Below, in pieces: positions 34,550-48,186 of a stretch of DNA of 56,117 nt (the first letter of the stretch is position 1; each line of letters begins with the position of its first letter). A program made the translations under genes and the position numbers. This stretch comes from Octopus bimaculoides (taxonomy: Eukaryota): assembly GCF_001194135.2 (NCBI RefSeq), contig NC_068988.1, positions 42,596,974-42,653,090 on the forward strand, written 5' to 3'. The notes under the pieces are model-generated. The model was given only the letters and a program-made list of their open reading frames with translations. It was not told the DNA's origin and did not search any database.

Positions 34550-37500
34550 CTAAAAAACAAAAAAGAGTAAAGAGAAATAATCCAGGTGGGCAATGGCATA
34601 AATTTGGACAACAAAGATGAATGGTGTCTTGTCCCACCAGTGCCACTATGACTCAGCTAAAACATTAAAGAAAGAGAAGCATTAAATAAACAACTGGAAA
34701 CAATACACAATCCAATCTTAAATATAACACATACTCAAATTTCATCTCTTCTTATTCACTCATCTATACCCTTCTATCAAGCACATTATTTCAGTTATTA
34801 ATCCAGGTTTAGTCCCATTGCATGGTATCTAGGTAAGTGCCTTCTACTATAGCTCGGGGTCAACCAAAGCCATGTGAGTGTATTTGAGTGATGGAAACTG
34901 AAAGAAGCTTATCACATACATGTAGATGTGTGTGTGTGTGCATGTGTGTTAGTCTCCTTGCTTTCACATCTCATGATAGTTGCAAAGGGTGTCAACATAA
35001 TACAAGCAGTATCCTTCATTTCCAATCTCCCATGAAAACATGCCTGGTGATGGGGAAATATTACCTTATTTGGAAATAGGTGAAGGTAAGTGACAGGAAG
35101 GGCATCCAGCCATAGAAAATCTGCCTCAACAAATTTCATCCGGCTCATGCAAGTATACAAAAATTGAACATTAAAATGATGACAAATAATCCCATGATCA
35201 CAATTTCTAAAACATTGCTTCTCTCTTATTGCTCTGAAAGTTGCTACACGTCATAGATTAATTATTTTCAAGCTGGTACGATTGCAAATATAAAATGCCT
35301 TGAAATTTACCAGTTCAGATGGGATGGTAAATGAACACTCTATGGATATTAGCACAAGGCATCCACTTCTGAAGATAGCAATCTTATATCACATCAGCTT
35401 GAGTCATTGTATGAGAAACAAACAACCAACCAGAGAACAATGGATATATGATTCACTAATACCACCACCACTACAACTACTACTATAAGAGCAAAGTTTC
35501 ATACTTGTTGCTATCCAAATATGTGTCAGAAGGTACTAAAATGAAATTGACTTGGCCCAATCTTCCTTCTTCATCATTTTGGAGTCTACGCCAGTGCAAT
35601 GTATATATTGAGTTATAACAAATCTCAAATGAAATTCATCATTATCGCCAACATCATTTTAATGTCTACTTTTCCATACTTGTTCAAGGTGCCAAGCAGT
35701 GGGATTGAATATGAAACCAAGTGGTTGAAAAGGAAACTTCTGATCCACACATCAATGCTTGCACTAGATACACAGACTGAGATAGATAACAGTCTCAGTT
35801 TTTGGAAAATAGAGTCATTCAGGTCATATTTTATCCAATTGCTTGTGTTAAATGTAACTCTATCCCCAAAGACCATGGAGAAGTGCAAGTAAAGGAAAAC
35901 CAAGCCCAAAACTTCCCTATTATTCAAAGGATTGAAAATATAATAGAATTTAGTCAAGGTGTTTGTGCTCTTAAGCCATATTACAGTAGTGAAATAGCTG
36001 GGCTTAGGCACAGTTATTGTGTTGACTGCAACATGGGAAAGCAAGCAGGACCTCATAAAAGGAAGAATCTGAAGAATGAAACTATTAAAGGAGATGCATG
36101 TGACACAAAGGTGACAGTGTACAATACTTCATGTAAAGGTGTGATACTCTAAGTCTGTAGCAAGATTATTCTTAATGTTCTAAATGGTTGATATTGGCCC
36201 TAAAGAAAGTGGAGAGCTGGTAGAACTGTTAGTATGCTGGACAAAATGCCTGGTAGTATTTTATCTGGCTATACATTCTGAGTTCAAATGCCACCAAGGT
36301 TGACTTTGCCTTTCATCCTTTCAAGTTTGGAGTTGATAAAATAAGTACCAGTCAAGTACTGGGGTCAATGTAATCAATAAGCTCCCTCACACAAAAATTT
36401 CAGGCTTTGTGCATATAGTAGAAAGCATATTGGCCCTAAAGAGGACAGCAGAACAGTGACTGGTGAATAGTAAGAGAGAAGCAGAAAATACCACATCACG
36501 GATATTGTACAGCAATGTGAAAGAAAGAACTATGCCTGGGTGCAAAGAAAAAACAAAAACAATTCCATCTTCAGTCAATAATTATAGATCCTACAGGGTT
36601 AGGGTGAGTGCAACTATCCCTTAGTTTGGCATCGTGGCAGTATGATTGACAGAAACATGTAGAAACAGAACAGTGTGCTTTGATTAGGCTCATGGGTATT
36701 ATCTGCTATTATCAATGTTTTTCAGTGCCACTAGATAAGACAATAATGTTAGAAGGTAGCAAAAATTGTTGCAATCTTCAGTCAATGGCTGATGAAAGAT
36801 GTGTGACTTGTGCATGTAAAAATAAATGTGTGTGTGTGTGTGTGTGTGTGAACATAGCTATATTGGTGCAGGCAGTTGCCATGTGACAGTCAGTGCTAGA
36901 AAGTTTTGTTTTAACTCATGTCATACAAATAACAAATAAAAAAAATGTAAAAATGTAAAAGAATAGGAATTAAAGGATAAAGAGATTCTGCTCCTAATCC
37001 TAAACCTGGATTAAATATATGATTAAAGCACCAAGTGAATGGGATTTAGCAGGCAAAATAAATAAAACAAAACAAAAAGGAAAGAGAAAATTTTGGTACA
37101 ACGCATACCTATTAATTACTAGATAATGATATTAGTAACAATAATATTGATATTTATCTTCTTATATTTACATCAATGGTACCACGGTTTAACCCTTTTG
37201 ATACAAATCCACCCAAGAATTGGATTTAAGTATCTATATTTAAATTAAAATCTTCAGCCATTATTTTATGTGCCTTTTATTATATTCAAACATCCATTGT
37301 TAGTTGTCTCATCCACTTAATGACAGGGAAGTTGGAGATGAGCACAAGCATTATAGCTTCTTGCATTAACTAACCCTAAATTAACATCTCCAAATTCATA
37401 ATGGCAGCTCAATCGACTGATTCAAGCAATCCCCATTGCTGTTTTAAGCAGTGTTGTAAAACCTTGTAATGCAACTAGCTTCAGGGAGCATTAAAGGGTT

Positions 37501-39505
37501 TCTAAGGCTTCAGTATTTAGATCTAATGTTACAGTTGGAATTGGATGAAAGGTAAATGTCATGTCAACCTCTGGATAATTCACTGGTAGTTTGCAGATAA
37601 TCTTCCTAGAGGATCTGGTACATATTTCCAACAATTTGGTGAACTGAGGCTATTGTCTTTCTTGAATCTTAGGAGGACGCCAATCTAAACATCTTGGCAA
37701 GGGATGATACTGAGTACGGATATCTGTTAAGTTGGTACTTATGGACATATCGTATCACAGGAGACTTACTGGCTGGGGAGCATGTTAGTGATTGAAGACT
37801 TACCTATCAGACAAATATGTGCAGTGAATTGAAGTAAGAATAGTGTTTTATTTTGGACTTTAATATTTTAAACTTGTGGCTATATCCTCCATTGTAAGGG
37901 TCCAGTTTGAAATACTAGTCTCATTGCATACCATCAGTAAGCCTTCCAGCCTTTATTCCCAGTTTGATTCTTGTGACATAGACCACTAATGTCCTACAAG
38001 TGAGTGTTTTTATCAACTGAAGAATCAATATGTAGGTGCATTTGTGTCTTGTGAAGTTACAGTCAAGAAATATTGGTGTCATATTGAAAGCACACACTAT
38101 AATGTGGTTGATGTTAGGAAGGGCATCCAGCTGTAGAAACCAAGCCTAATCAGACTGGAACCCGATGCAGTTCTCTGGCTTGCCAGCTCTGGTCAAACTG
38201 TCCAACCCATGCCAGCATGAAAAAAAGAGATGTTAAAGGATGATGATGATGAGTAGGATTGGGAATACTAGTGGTTTAGTCATTTGACTTCAAATAGCAT
38301 TTAATTCCTATCATAAGCTTCTGTGTGCTTCTTAGGACTGACTAACATTTGTTCAAATGTTGTTGGCATAGAAACTTCCTCCACTTGAGTCTTTGGAAGT
38401 CGTATTCAATTAATTTCTACTATCACAGGACTTCAGAGAATGACAAATAAAGGAAAAGACAAAGATTCAACAGAAGCAAAAAACAAAAAAAAAAAACGTT
38501 TGAGTTACAGGCAGTGGAAAATGGACTGCTCCAGTTTGTTTGAGAAATGATTTATGTCACAGAAGGTCATGTTATTGGAGATTATGCATTTGCTTTCACT
38601 TGTACCATGCCACTTCAGATAATTCAGTTAATTATTCTCCATACTTTAACTGTAATTAGATCTCAATAAGCAGAAATGAATAAATAAATAAATAAATAAA
38701 TAAACAAATGNNNNNNNNNNNNNNNNNNNNNNNNNNNNNNNNNNNNNNNNNNNNNNNNNNNNNNNNNNNNNNNNNNNNNNNNNNNNNNNNNNNNNNNNNN
38801 NNNNNNNNNNNNNNNNNNNNNNNNNNNNNNNNNNNNNNNNNNNNNNNNNNNNNNNNNNNNNNNNNNNNNNNNNNNNNNNNNNNNNNNNNNNNNNNNNNNN
38901 NNNNNNNNNNNNNNNNNNNNNNNNNNNNNNNNNNNNNNNNNNNNNNNNNNNNNNNNNNNNNNNNNNNNNNNNNNNNNNNNNNNNNNNNNNNNNNNNNNNN
39001 NNNNNNNNNNNNNNNNNNNNNNNNNNNNNNNNNNNNNNNNNNNNNNNNNNNNNNNNNNNNNNNNNNNNNNNNNNNNNNNNNNNNNNNNNNNNNNNNNNNN
39101 NNNNNNNNNNNNNNNNNNNNNNNNNNNNNNNNNNNNNNNNNNNNNNNNNNNNNNNNNNNNNNNNNNNNNNNNNNNNNNNNNNNNNNNNNNNNNNNNNNNN
39201 NNNNNNNNNNNNNNNNNNNNNNNNNNNNNNNNNNNNNNNNNNNNNNNNNNNNNNNNNNNNNNNNNNNNNNNNNNNNNNNNNNNNNNNNNNNNNNNNNNNN
39301 NNNNNNNNNNNNNNNNNNNNNNNNNNNNNNNNNNNNNNNNNNNNNNNNNNNNNNNNNNNNNNNNNNNNNNNNNNNNNNNNNNNNNNNNNNNNNNNNNNNN
39401 NNNNNNNNNNNNNNNNNNNNNNNNNNNNNNNNNNNNNNNNNNNNNNNNNNNNNNNNNNNNNNNNNNNNNNNNNNNNNNNNNNTATATATATATATATATA
39501 TATGA

Positions 39506-39850
39506 GGAGAGGAGGAGACCCCCTTTGGTCATGAATGACAATGGGATTGCACCTAGAAAGTTACCCTCCGAGGCACAAGTCCGGGCAAGGTTGTTTTATG
39601 GAAGGCCAGCAGTCGCCCATGCATGCCAGCCTCCCCTCTCCACACCACTAATGTTATCCAAGGGAAAGGCAAAGGACAATACAGCTTGGCAACAGTGATG
39701 TTGCAACTCATTTCTACAGCTGAGTTAACTGGAGCAACGTGAAATAAAGTGGCTTGCTCAAGAACACAACGTGCAGCCCGGTCTGGGAATTGAACTCACA
39801 ACCTCACAATTGTAAGCTCAATGCTCTAATCACTGAGCCATGTGTCTTCA
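39506..39850 (-). mobile_element. tRNA-SINE family C
   Basis: Head TGGCTCAGTGATTAGAGC...GAGTTCAATTCC; central GTGTTCTTGAGCAAGCCACTTT...CAGCTGTAGAAATGAG; LINE-like tail. Confidence 0.8.
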
Positions 39851-42800
39851 CATATATATATACATATATATATATATACATATAGGAGGAGAGAAAGAAG
39901 AGAGATGGAGGCAATTAAAGAAGAAACTAAAAAAAAAAAGAAAAGAGAAACCAATTAGCAATTTACTGACTAAGCAGTGAGGGATGGGTAAAAGAAACTG
40001 AGGTAAAATAGGGATGGGGTGAATTAGACAAATGATATTTTGGTGAGAAATTTTGTGTTCATGCTCTAGTATGGGGAAGGTCAAGCAGCACCCATAGGCT
40101 TTGCAGGTAGGTGGGCACTCCCTTACAAATTGAAGGTGATTTTATAAATGCTTCTACAGGGTAAAGAGATCCATAAGGTTGGAGAGATGGCTATGAAAGT
40201 GTTCAGTATAGGTTGTAGAGTGAGACAAAAGGAAAGAGGTATAGATGCATCTCATAAGCTTGAGCAGGATGAGAGGATTCAGAGAAACGAGAACAGCTGA
40301 AGTTTTGACAAAGGAGACAGAAAGCAGATAGAATATGCCTGTTAGTTTGTAGTTATAAAATGTGTTGGTTAATAGATATAAGATAGATAGATTACCTCCC
40401 TTCTTGATGAGCTCTAAAATGTGTCTAACATCCACTCTGCCTCTCTCTNNNNNNNNNNTGTGTGTGTGTGTGTGTAAAAGAATAATCATCATCAGCAGCA
40501 GCAGCATCATTTAACAGACATTAAATGATAATGGTGATATATTCTTTTACATGTTTCAGTCATTTGATTGCGACCATGCTGGAGCACTGCCTTGAAGGGT
40601 TTTTTTAGTCGAACAAATCAACTTCAGGACCAGTACTTATTCTATCAGTCTCTTTTGCCAACACTTGCCCAAGGTGCCACATAGTGGGACTGAACCTGGA
40701 ACCATGTGGTTGGGAAGCAACGTCAGCGCCTATAGATATATATATATATAGATTATCAATTGCACATAATGTATGTGTTTTGCTTGTTTGCTGGTGTATA
40801 GTGTTTTGCTGGTGTATAGTGTGCCGGTGACAACTCATCTCCAATCCCACCCAGGAGTGCTGAATACCAATATTTTGCCATTTTTGCGACGTATCGACAT
40901 CACATACCTGAATCAAACTGGAGACAAACTGAAAAACCAATCTATGACTTCATACAAATAGTGTAAGAACCATTTGCTGGTATGCCATGGCAATGAATAA
41001 GTAAAATCAAATTCAATTACAAATTAAAAGCAGACATTGCTTTTGTTTTACAATCTGCTGTGAAAATATGTCAACGTGTTTAGCTGTTTGTCATTTGAAA
41101 CACCCCAGGGAATGATACTTTAACTGGAAACAGGTGAGGGTTGGTGACAGGAAGAGCATCCGATAACCTATGATAGCATAGAAAAATTGAACATTAAAAT
41201 GAAAATGATGATATATATTGAAAAAGAAAGACAGAGATAGAGAGTGATTGAACTTAGTACTCCTGTATATACTTACTCTGTTTTAATACTGATATAAAAA
41301 CTATAACCAATTTTACAGAGAAGTGGAGAAAAGGATATGGTTATGTGGTGATCAAGCCCAACACTTAGCTTTGCCTTCATTTTTTTTTTGTGTCAAAGGA
41401 CACAGTAAATATTATGTTGAGGGTTTGAGTTTCTGACTCAGGCTCAGGACATCATACCAAGATAGGTATCTGATGAGCTTGCATGTTGTTGTTGCAGTAA
41501 AAGCAAAGCAGTGTCTATTAAGAATTGGGACTAGACTTACTTTGATGCCAATAAGGGTTTCTAACACTACAACAAAGCCACACATTTTGATAGAAGAAAT
41601 AAGGAAACAGGGTGATGAAACTACCACCAATATTTTGATTAATGTTTATTTTATCAACTCCCCCATCCAGAAAGATAAAAGGTACTGCTAACCTCAATCA
41701 GATATGAAAATGGAATGTGAAGAAATGTAGCTAAACACTGCATGTCTGGCATTTAACTAATTGTGCCAATTTTCCGTTTTCTTGACAGAGATAGCAATGA
41801 GTGCTGTTCAGACAGAGTCCTCTTTGATTATCCTATGACCACTAGGTGATGAGCTAACCTTTACGTAACTGCTTGACCTGCTTGAATCAGCAATCCAATC
41901 TCCTTGAAATAATGATGCTCAATGATCTTAGAACACGAGGTCTCAAGAGACAATGTAGTCCTAAATGAGCCAGTCACAAGTGGATTGCATTTGATCATAG
42001 ATCTGTTGGATCAGGACTTACTTAGGGCTAAACATCAACTGGCATACAGAAAAAAGACTGGACAACAACAAGAGTACAACATACACAGACTGTAACTTCG
42101 CATCACAAAATTAACAATTGCATATTGAATGTGCAATATAGTTCTTGGTTTAGCATACTTGGAACTTTTAACTTGCAGATGATATCTTATACTTTGGTTG
42201 ACTATTGACATGTCATAGGTTTACTTAGTCAGATTACAAACAAGAATGACAACCATTTGAAAATATAGAAATTATTCGCCATGTAAAAAGCATCCAGTCT
42301 ACACTATAAAGTAGTCGGTGTTTAGAAGGGCATCCAGCTATAAAAACCAGGCTAAACTGACCTCACCTATGCTGGTACCACGTTAAATGCACCCCTGTCC
42401 ACTTTGTGGGGTGGTTGGTGTAAGGAAGGGCATCCAGCCGTAAAAACCATTCCAAAACAGACACTGAAGCATGGTGCAGTCTTCCGTCAAGCCAGCTCCT
42501 GTCAAACCATCCAACTCATGCCAGCATGGAAAGCTGATGTTAAATGATAATGATATAAAAGAAACTGAATCGATTACATCACTGAGAAGTCATGATAGCC
42601 ATTTAAAACACATACACACACACAGATACATTATACTGTCCTTTGTTTTTGTCAATCTTGTCCTCCTCAACATCAAAAGAAACACAATTACTACACATAC
42701 CAAGAAAACTTTATTGCGCCGCATTCCCTCACTAAAATACAAGGCATGTGCAACCTACGGCCCTCACAATTTGCTTCAAATGCAAGGCCTCATCATAATC

Positions 42801-45087
42801 GAGGATCATTTACTGAATGCACAAAGCTAAGTCTGCATCTCAAAGACTACGAGCCTTTCTCTTCAAAGCCAGGAAATACTTCAGTCCGTAATAATTACTA
42901 ACTCTTTAGCAAGTACAAGTGAAACCCACAACTGAGTACTGTTGCCACATTTGGAATAACAGACACATCCTTACACCACATACAGAAAGACGCCACTCAT
43001 TTGACTGACAAGAAATTGTCACAAACGTACTGTTTCCTGTCTGTTCTAGTGGTGCTACAATGGCCACCACAGCACTCTCCCTTCTTATCACCTATAGTAT
43101 CCACTCAACCTCACTGTAACCACCATGTTTAATCCTTTTCTCTCAAATATCAACCTTTGGTTTTCGTCTCAGTACGTCTTTCCTGCCAATCAACGAATGC
43201 CAAGTTTTAGAGAGCTCACGAAAGCCACGGGGCACTGACTAAACTAATAAGAAAATTGTGATAGTAATATATTTTAGTGTTACTAATACATTTCGACTTC
43301 AGATCAAGTCACTTGTAAACAAGTACAACTCCGTAACAACTTGATATATTTTAATTAAATCACACATTTTTTCTTCTTTTACAGAGAGATATGAAAGCAT
43401 ATTTTGTTTTTCTTATAGAGCTATGAAAAACATTTCTTTAACTAGTTCATTTCTTATTAAAACCGGGGTTGGGTGTATGAAGTTCGATACGCATGTTTAG
43501 GGTTTTAAATGTTTACATGACACAAGCACGAGAGGCGGAGTCTTTCCTCTCTCACCCCACGTCACGATTTACAAAGTGTAAACTTCGTTTCACCGGAAAC
43601 ATACTGAATATATCATGTATTCTATCATTCGTAGGGGTGTGTCCTAAGTTGACAATGCTTGTTTAAGGTTTAAGGAGGATACGAAACTTGAGTTTATCTA
43701 ATATATTGTTTTGAGTTCAAAGTCACTCGGAATCGATAAAAAAAATATCCAAAGGTGTAGTTACGTATACTACAGCCGACTTCATTGAGTTCTATACTCT
43801 TTCTTTGTCAATATCTATATCGACATTAGGAAAGAACAATCATTATTCCATATCATTCTCAAACCTTCCATTAATAATAATAAATTAATAACAGTAATAA
43901 TTTCTTACATAGGCACGTTTTATGTGGGGAGGGGAACGTCTTTTAAATCGACCTCAAAAAGCAACAAGCTGATATATTTAATCACTGAATGAGGCGCAAT
44001 GGCGACAAACTAAACTATTAAAAAAAATGTGTAAACTGCGAGTTTATATATTATCTATTATTACTGTTTTTGTTAGACATTCGTTCCTTCATTGTAGTTT
44101 TCCGTTTGTGTAAGTTACTCTGTATTGATGTCAGCTACCCGAGAAACTATATAGAGTTCACAATAGAAATATATATATATAAAGTGTGTGTGTGTGTGTG
44201 GTTGTTCTTTTACTTGTGTTATTTAATATTTACTTATCTTTTTCTTTAGTTATAAATACACACACACATAATATGCAGTTGTTTTAACTCCAGTAGTTAC
44301 TACATACGTAAGTGTGCAAGCGTGTGAATGCTTATGAATAGATATATGGGTGTCCAAAGTATACTTCTAAAAGGCCACCTAAAAGAAGAGTTGAAGATCT
44401 TTTAATCATAATCATTGTCTTCACCTTTCAAGTATTCAGACATATTGTGTGACTGTATGTGTCCAAAAACTGATGTAAGTAGCTCATGCGAATCTTGTAT
44501 GGAGAGAGTTAAACGACAGTTCCTGGTTGGTGTGTATGCGTGTTATTTACGAACGTATCTAACAGTTCCTAACTTTACACAAATACATATACATTTAGAT
44601 AGACCGATATTTTCAGAAATACACACTCATATATGTTTGACATGTGTATATATATTTACGTAAGTACGTGTGTGTATATATCTATAACTATGTATAACAC
44701 ATTACATTTTCACTACCATTAACAGGGAAATATCCGTACCTGCATATGCTCACACTGATATATATATAAATATATATATAATGTCAAACCCCTTAAGTTA
44801 TATAATTGGGATATTAAATTTATTGTAAACAGAATTTTTAAAAATCAAAATTTACAAACAAAACAGAAGTAAACGAAAGAAATAAGAATGCAGATACAAA
44901 CGTGTGTATGTGTATATATATATATATAAATAAATATAGATATATATATATACCTGCGCACGTAAGATAGTTATATATATATTCTTTTATATACAATAAA
45001 CGTCAAATTAATCGCTATTTTGTTTATTTTTATAAAAAAAAAGTTTCTAAAGTAAAGTAGAGATAGCGAAAGAGGATGAAAGCTCAC

Positions 45088-45382
45088 CTGCTTCGTGCCG
45101 CACAATTACTTCTTGGTTTTCGTCTTCAAGTACTTCTGTGAGGATCGAAACAGCGTAATCGTCCTGCATTTGACCAAGACAGTAAGCTAGTTCGTGTTTC
45201 AACAGTGCCGAAGGGTCAGAGAAAGTACCTGCAATTGCATTGATGGCTTTCTTTCCACCAAGATTGCGAAGGGTAAACAAGGCTCGAAATCGTTCTGTGA
45301 GCGGTTGGTTCTGATCGCGCAGTACGGAGGCGATCTGTGATATGGAATCGTTGGAATTTCGCATTCTCTCAATGGCTGCCAT
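45088..45382 (-). CDS. DOHH: DOHH coding exon 1 (HEAT repeats, first two His-Glu motifs)
   Basis: Translation ...QPLTERFRALFTLRNLGG...DPSALLKHELAYCLGQMQD...EVIVRHEAG is the DOHH N-terminus. It ends at CAG|GTGAG (donor 45087-45086), phase 1. In-frame ATGs at 45433, 45382 (AAACATGG, best Kozak context) and 45364. Confidence 0.95.
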
Positions 45383-45389
45383 GTTTGTC

Positions 45390-45426
45390 TCGCACGTGTT
45401 GTCACATTGAGAGAGCAAGGGGCGGT
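45390..45426 (-). promoter_or_regulatory. Candidate DOHH proximal promoter motifs (E-box CACGTG, GC-box)
   Basis: CACGTG at 45393-45398 and GGGGCGG at 45419-45425, just 5' of the ATG at 45382, in a CpG-retaining region. Motif match only. Confidence 0.4.
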
Positions 45427-45779
45427 AATTCATACTGTCTTCATTCTAACACCATCTCCTAATTATTATTTTTTTTCTTTTCTTTTCCATTTTTTTCAAA
45501 CCAGACTGATGGAATAGCGTAACCAGTGGAGGCGTTGGTAGGGATATATTCCATGTAGCAATGGATTGTGTCTAGTTATGCTTTGAGTTCAAACTCCTAA
45601 AAGGTTGCCTCTTTTTATTTTTTTTATTTTCTGAAGTTGATAAAGTGCTGACATCGATTTAACCAACTACAAGTCCTCTTTAAAAAAATTGTAGTCTTGT
45701 ACCTGTGTTAGAAATTTTTATTTTTCTGCACTAGACGACATGATCGTTAGATCTACAGATAACATTATACGCACAATTT

Positions 45780-46244
45780 GGCGATCCTTCGGAGATGGTC
45801 TCACAAAACTGAAACTATTCGTTTATTTCCGTAATTTTTTTTTTTTATATTTCTCTAATTTCTTTTAGTTGAACAATGTAAAACACGGTCGCACATTCAC
45901 TCGCATATACGTACAATCATTGTCTTTCATGTCGACGAGCGAGTTGAACTGTAAAACAGACTCCAACGCATACTCACTCACATACATAAATACACATACA
46001 TGGTTTATGTTTTCGCGAATCGCTTATATTTATGTATTGTTTGTATATGCATGTTTCTGTGTATGTATTTATGTGTATGCACGTCTATTTTTGTATGTAA
46101 GTACATGTATGTATGTGTTCATGTCCATGTATGTATATTTGTGTATGTGTGTTATTGATCTGTATGTGAGCTGAAAAAAAAAACATTACGGAAATTGCCG
46201 AACAAATACTTTCAGTTTTGTGAAACCATCTCCGAAGGATCGCC
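45780..46244. mobile_element. MITE with about 65-bp TIRs upstream of DOHH
   Basis: GGCGATCCTTCGGAGATGGT(C/T)TCACAAAACTGAAA occurs at both ends in inverted orientation. No TSD seen. Confidence 0.8.
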
Positions 46245-46489
46245 GCTCTATTTAGGTCCCTTCATGTTCTGACTTAAAATACCCGCCAATGTCGATTATA
46301 TTAATATTATTCAGGTCTTGAGGCCAATAAAATCGTCTGTACTCCCCCTTCTCACTCGAAACTATATTGCCATGTACCTTTATTGGAAATCGTTATATTT
46401 TCGGTGTAGAGGCGACTTTGCTAAATGGTCAGTAGCTGAAAGAAGCTTGACCTCCCAATCTCACTGGTTTCGGAGGCATGTGAAGGCTA

Positions 46490-47250
46490 TTAATATAACA
46501 TGGCATACTTACACAAGTGTTCCCCCACCTCGACTTTGTTTCCTCATAACTTCCAGAAAAACAAATATTTTTTAATGACTTTTCTATAAATACGCTTCAG
46601 ATGGTGAAGATTCCGATTATATCGGAATTTGTTATGAAAAAAATATTTTCGAGGGTAGTGAGAGGAGTTGCGAAAATTCCCTAAAGCCGGTTTTGTTTCC
46701 TCTTAACTTTCGGAAAAAATGGATATTGTTTTTCTGAAATTTTCTACCCTCAGATGGTGTACATTAGGATTTTATCGAAGTTTAGTGTAAAAAATAAAAT
46801 TGTTGGGCAGGCACACATACATACTGACACACAATTTTTCTCGAAATTTCAAGTTGCATTTTGTAGATATCTGTGAGTGTGTATGTGTACGTGCCTATAT
46901 ATATATTTTTTTTTTTTCATATTAAATTCCGATATAGTCGTAATCCACACCATCTGAGAAATAGTTTCGGAAAATTTTATCAAAAGAATATCCATTTTTC
47001 GGAAAGACATGAGGAAACCAAGCAAACTCGTGTGAATCTGCTATTCTACCATCGGAAAACAGGCAGAAGACTTTCCAATTATTTTTTTTCCACAGTAAAT
47101 TTCGATTTAATCTACATCAACACCATCTAAAGCGTATTTGTAGAAAATTTCATTAAAAAATATTTATTTTTCTGGAAGTTATGATGAAAGAAAGTCAATA
47201 GAAAGAAGGCACACTTGTAGCGGGTATGTCACATAATCTTTTCCTTCAGA
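46490..47250. mobile_element. Fold-back element with about 250-bp arms
   Basis: CATAACTTCCAGAAAAA.AAATATTTTTTAATGA..TTTTCTA.AAATACGCT..AGATGGTG at about 46545 is mirrored at about 47120-47190; terminal TG.CATAC...ACAAGTGT is also mirrored. Confidence 0.8.
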
Positions 47251-47411
47251 CTAAACTAATTAATAATATCTCACGACTCAATACTAGTTTGTGAGTTCAA
47301 ATCAACTGCATATATTTCTGGAACAGAACACTTTCATGTGACAGAAAGAGATCCCGAAATACCGAGTTAATTGTGAATGTTTTCTGCAGTAGATTGGTAC
47401 CCATTCTACTC

Positions 47412-47580
47412 TAATACCGCCTTAAGGTATGAGCACACTGTATAGTTGCCCAGGGACCTCACGGGTCTAGGAGCCAAATTCTGATCTATGTATGTTTTAC
47501 TTTGTTGTCAATAATTAAATGCTATAGGGCCCAGAATATTGATTTCTCCGGGGCCTACAATGCTGCTAAGATGTTCTATT
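47412..47580. mobile_element. Decayed PIF/Harbinger-like MITE
   Basis: Ends resemble GGCCGTCTTAA / TTAAGACGGCC; internal GGGCCC-type motifs. Confidence 0.35.
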
Positions 47581-48186
47581 CCTGTTCTACTCCTCACGAA
47601 ACGAACAACTTAAACTGCTTCCAAAATAAGTCTACCTCTCCGGTAGATTAACAATGATTCAATATCCAACACACTGCAATCATTGGCTAACACCATTTTC
47701 TTCACTGTGCCACAATTATTACTACTACGTGTGTGCCCCTGAAGAAGCTAGCTGTATACTCTCTACACTCAAGACCACCCGACACAGCCCACTTTCTTCA
47801 TCCTCTTACTGTGTCGTATTCTTAATGAGTCTCTTCTCATCTCATAAATACTCTCTTGCCAGAAATACTACTGTCATGAGGTGCGCCAGTGTTTTTCTTG
47901 TGGTTGTATTGGGTTGTTGGCTGCGTGTAAGTGATGAACAACAAACGTGAACAATTAACAGAAGCTTTATTTACTACATGCAGTATTTTCCATGTCGCTC
48001 TTTGAATGAAGAATACAAACAACAGTTTATACACATTAGGAGGGACAAACGTTTGTAGTTATAGCAAAATAGCTGGCTCATATAGTTCCGTGACTACGCT
48101 GTCACAACGGGAGAAATATCATGCTAAATTCATGGCTGCAAATCTGTAGCTTCTATTTGTTCGGCTGGAGAAGAGAAAAATGGATT

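Noticed and set aside
35802-36152. 116-aa ORF
   Set aside because: No recognisable domain or splice context; possibly decayed LINE sequence.
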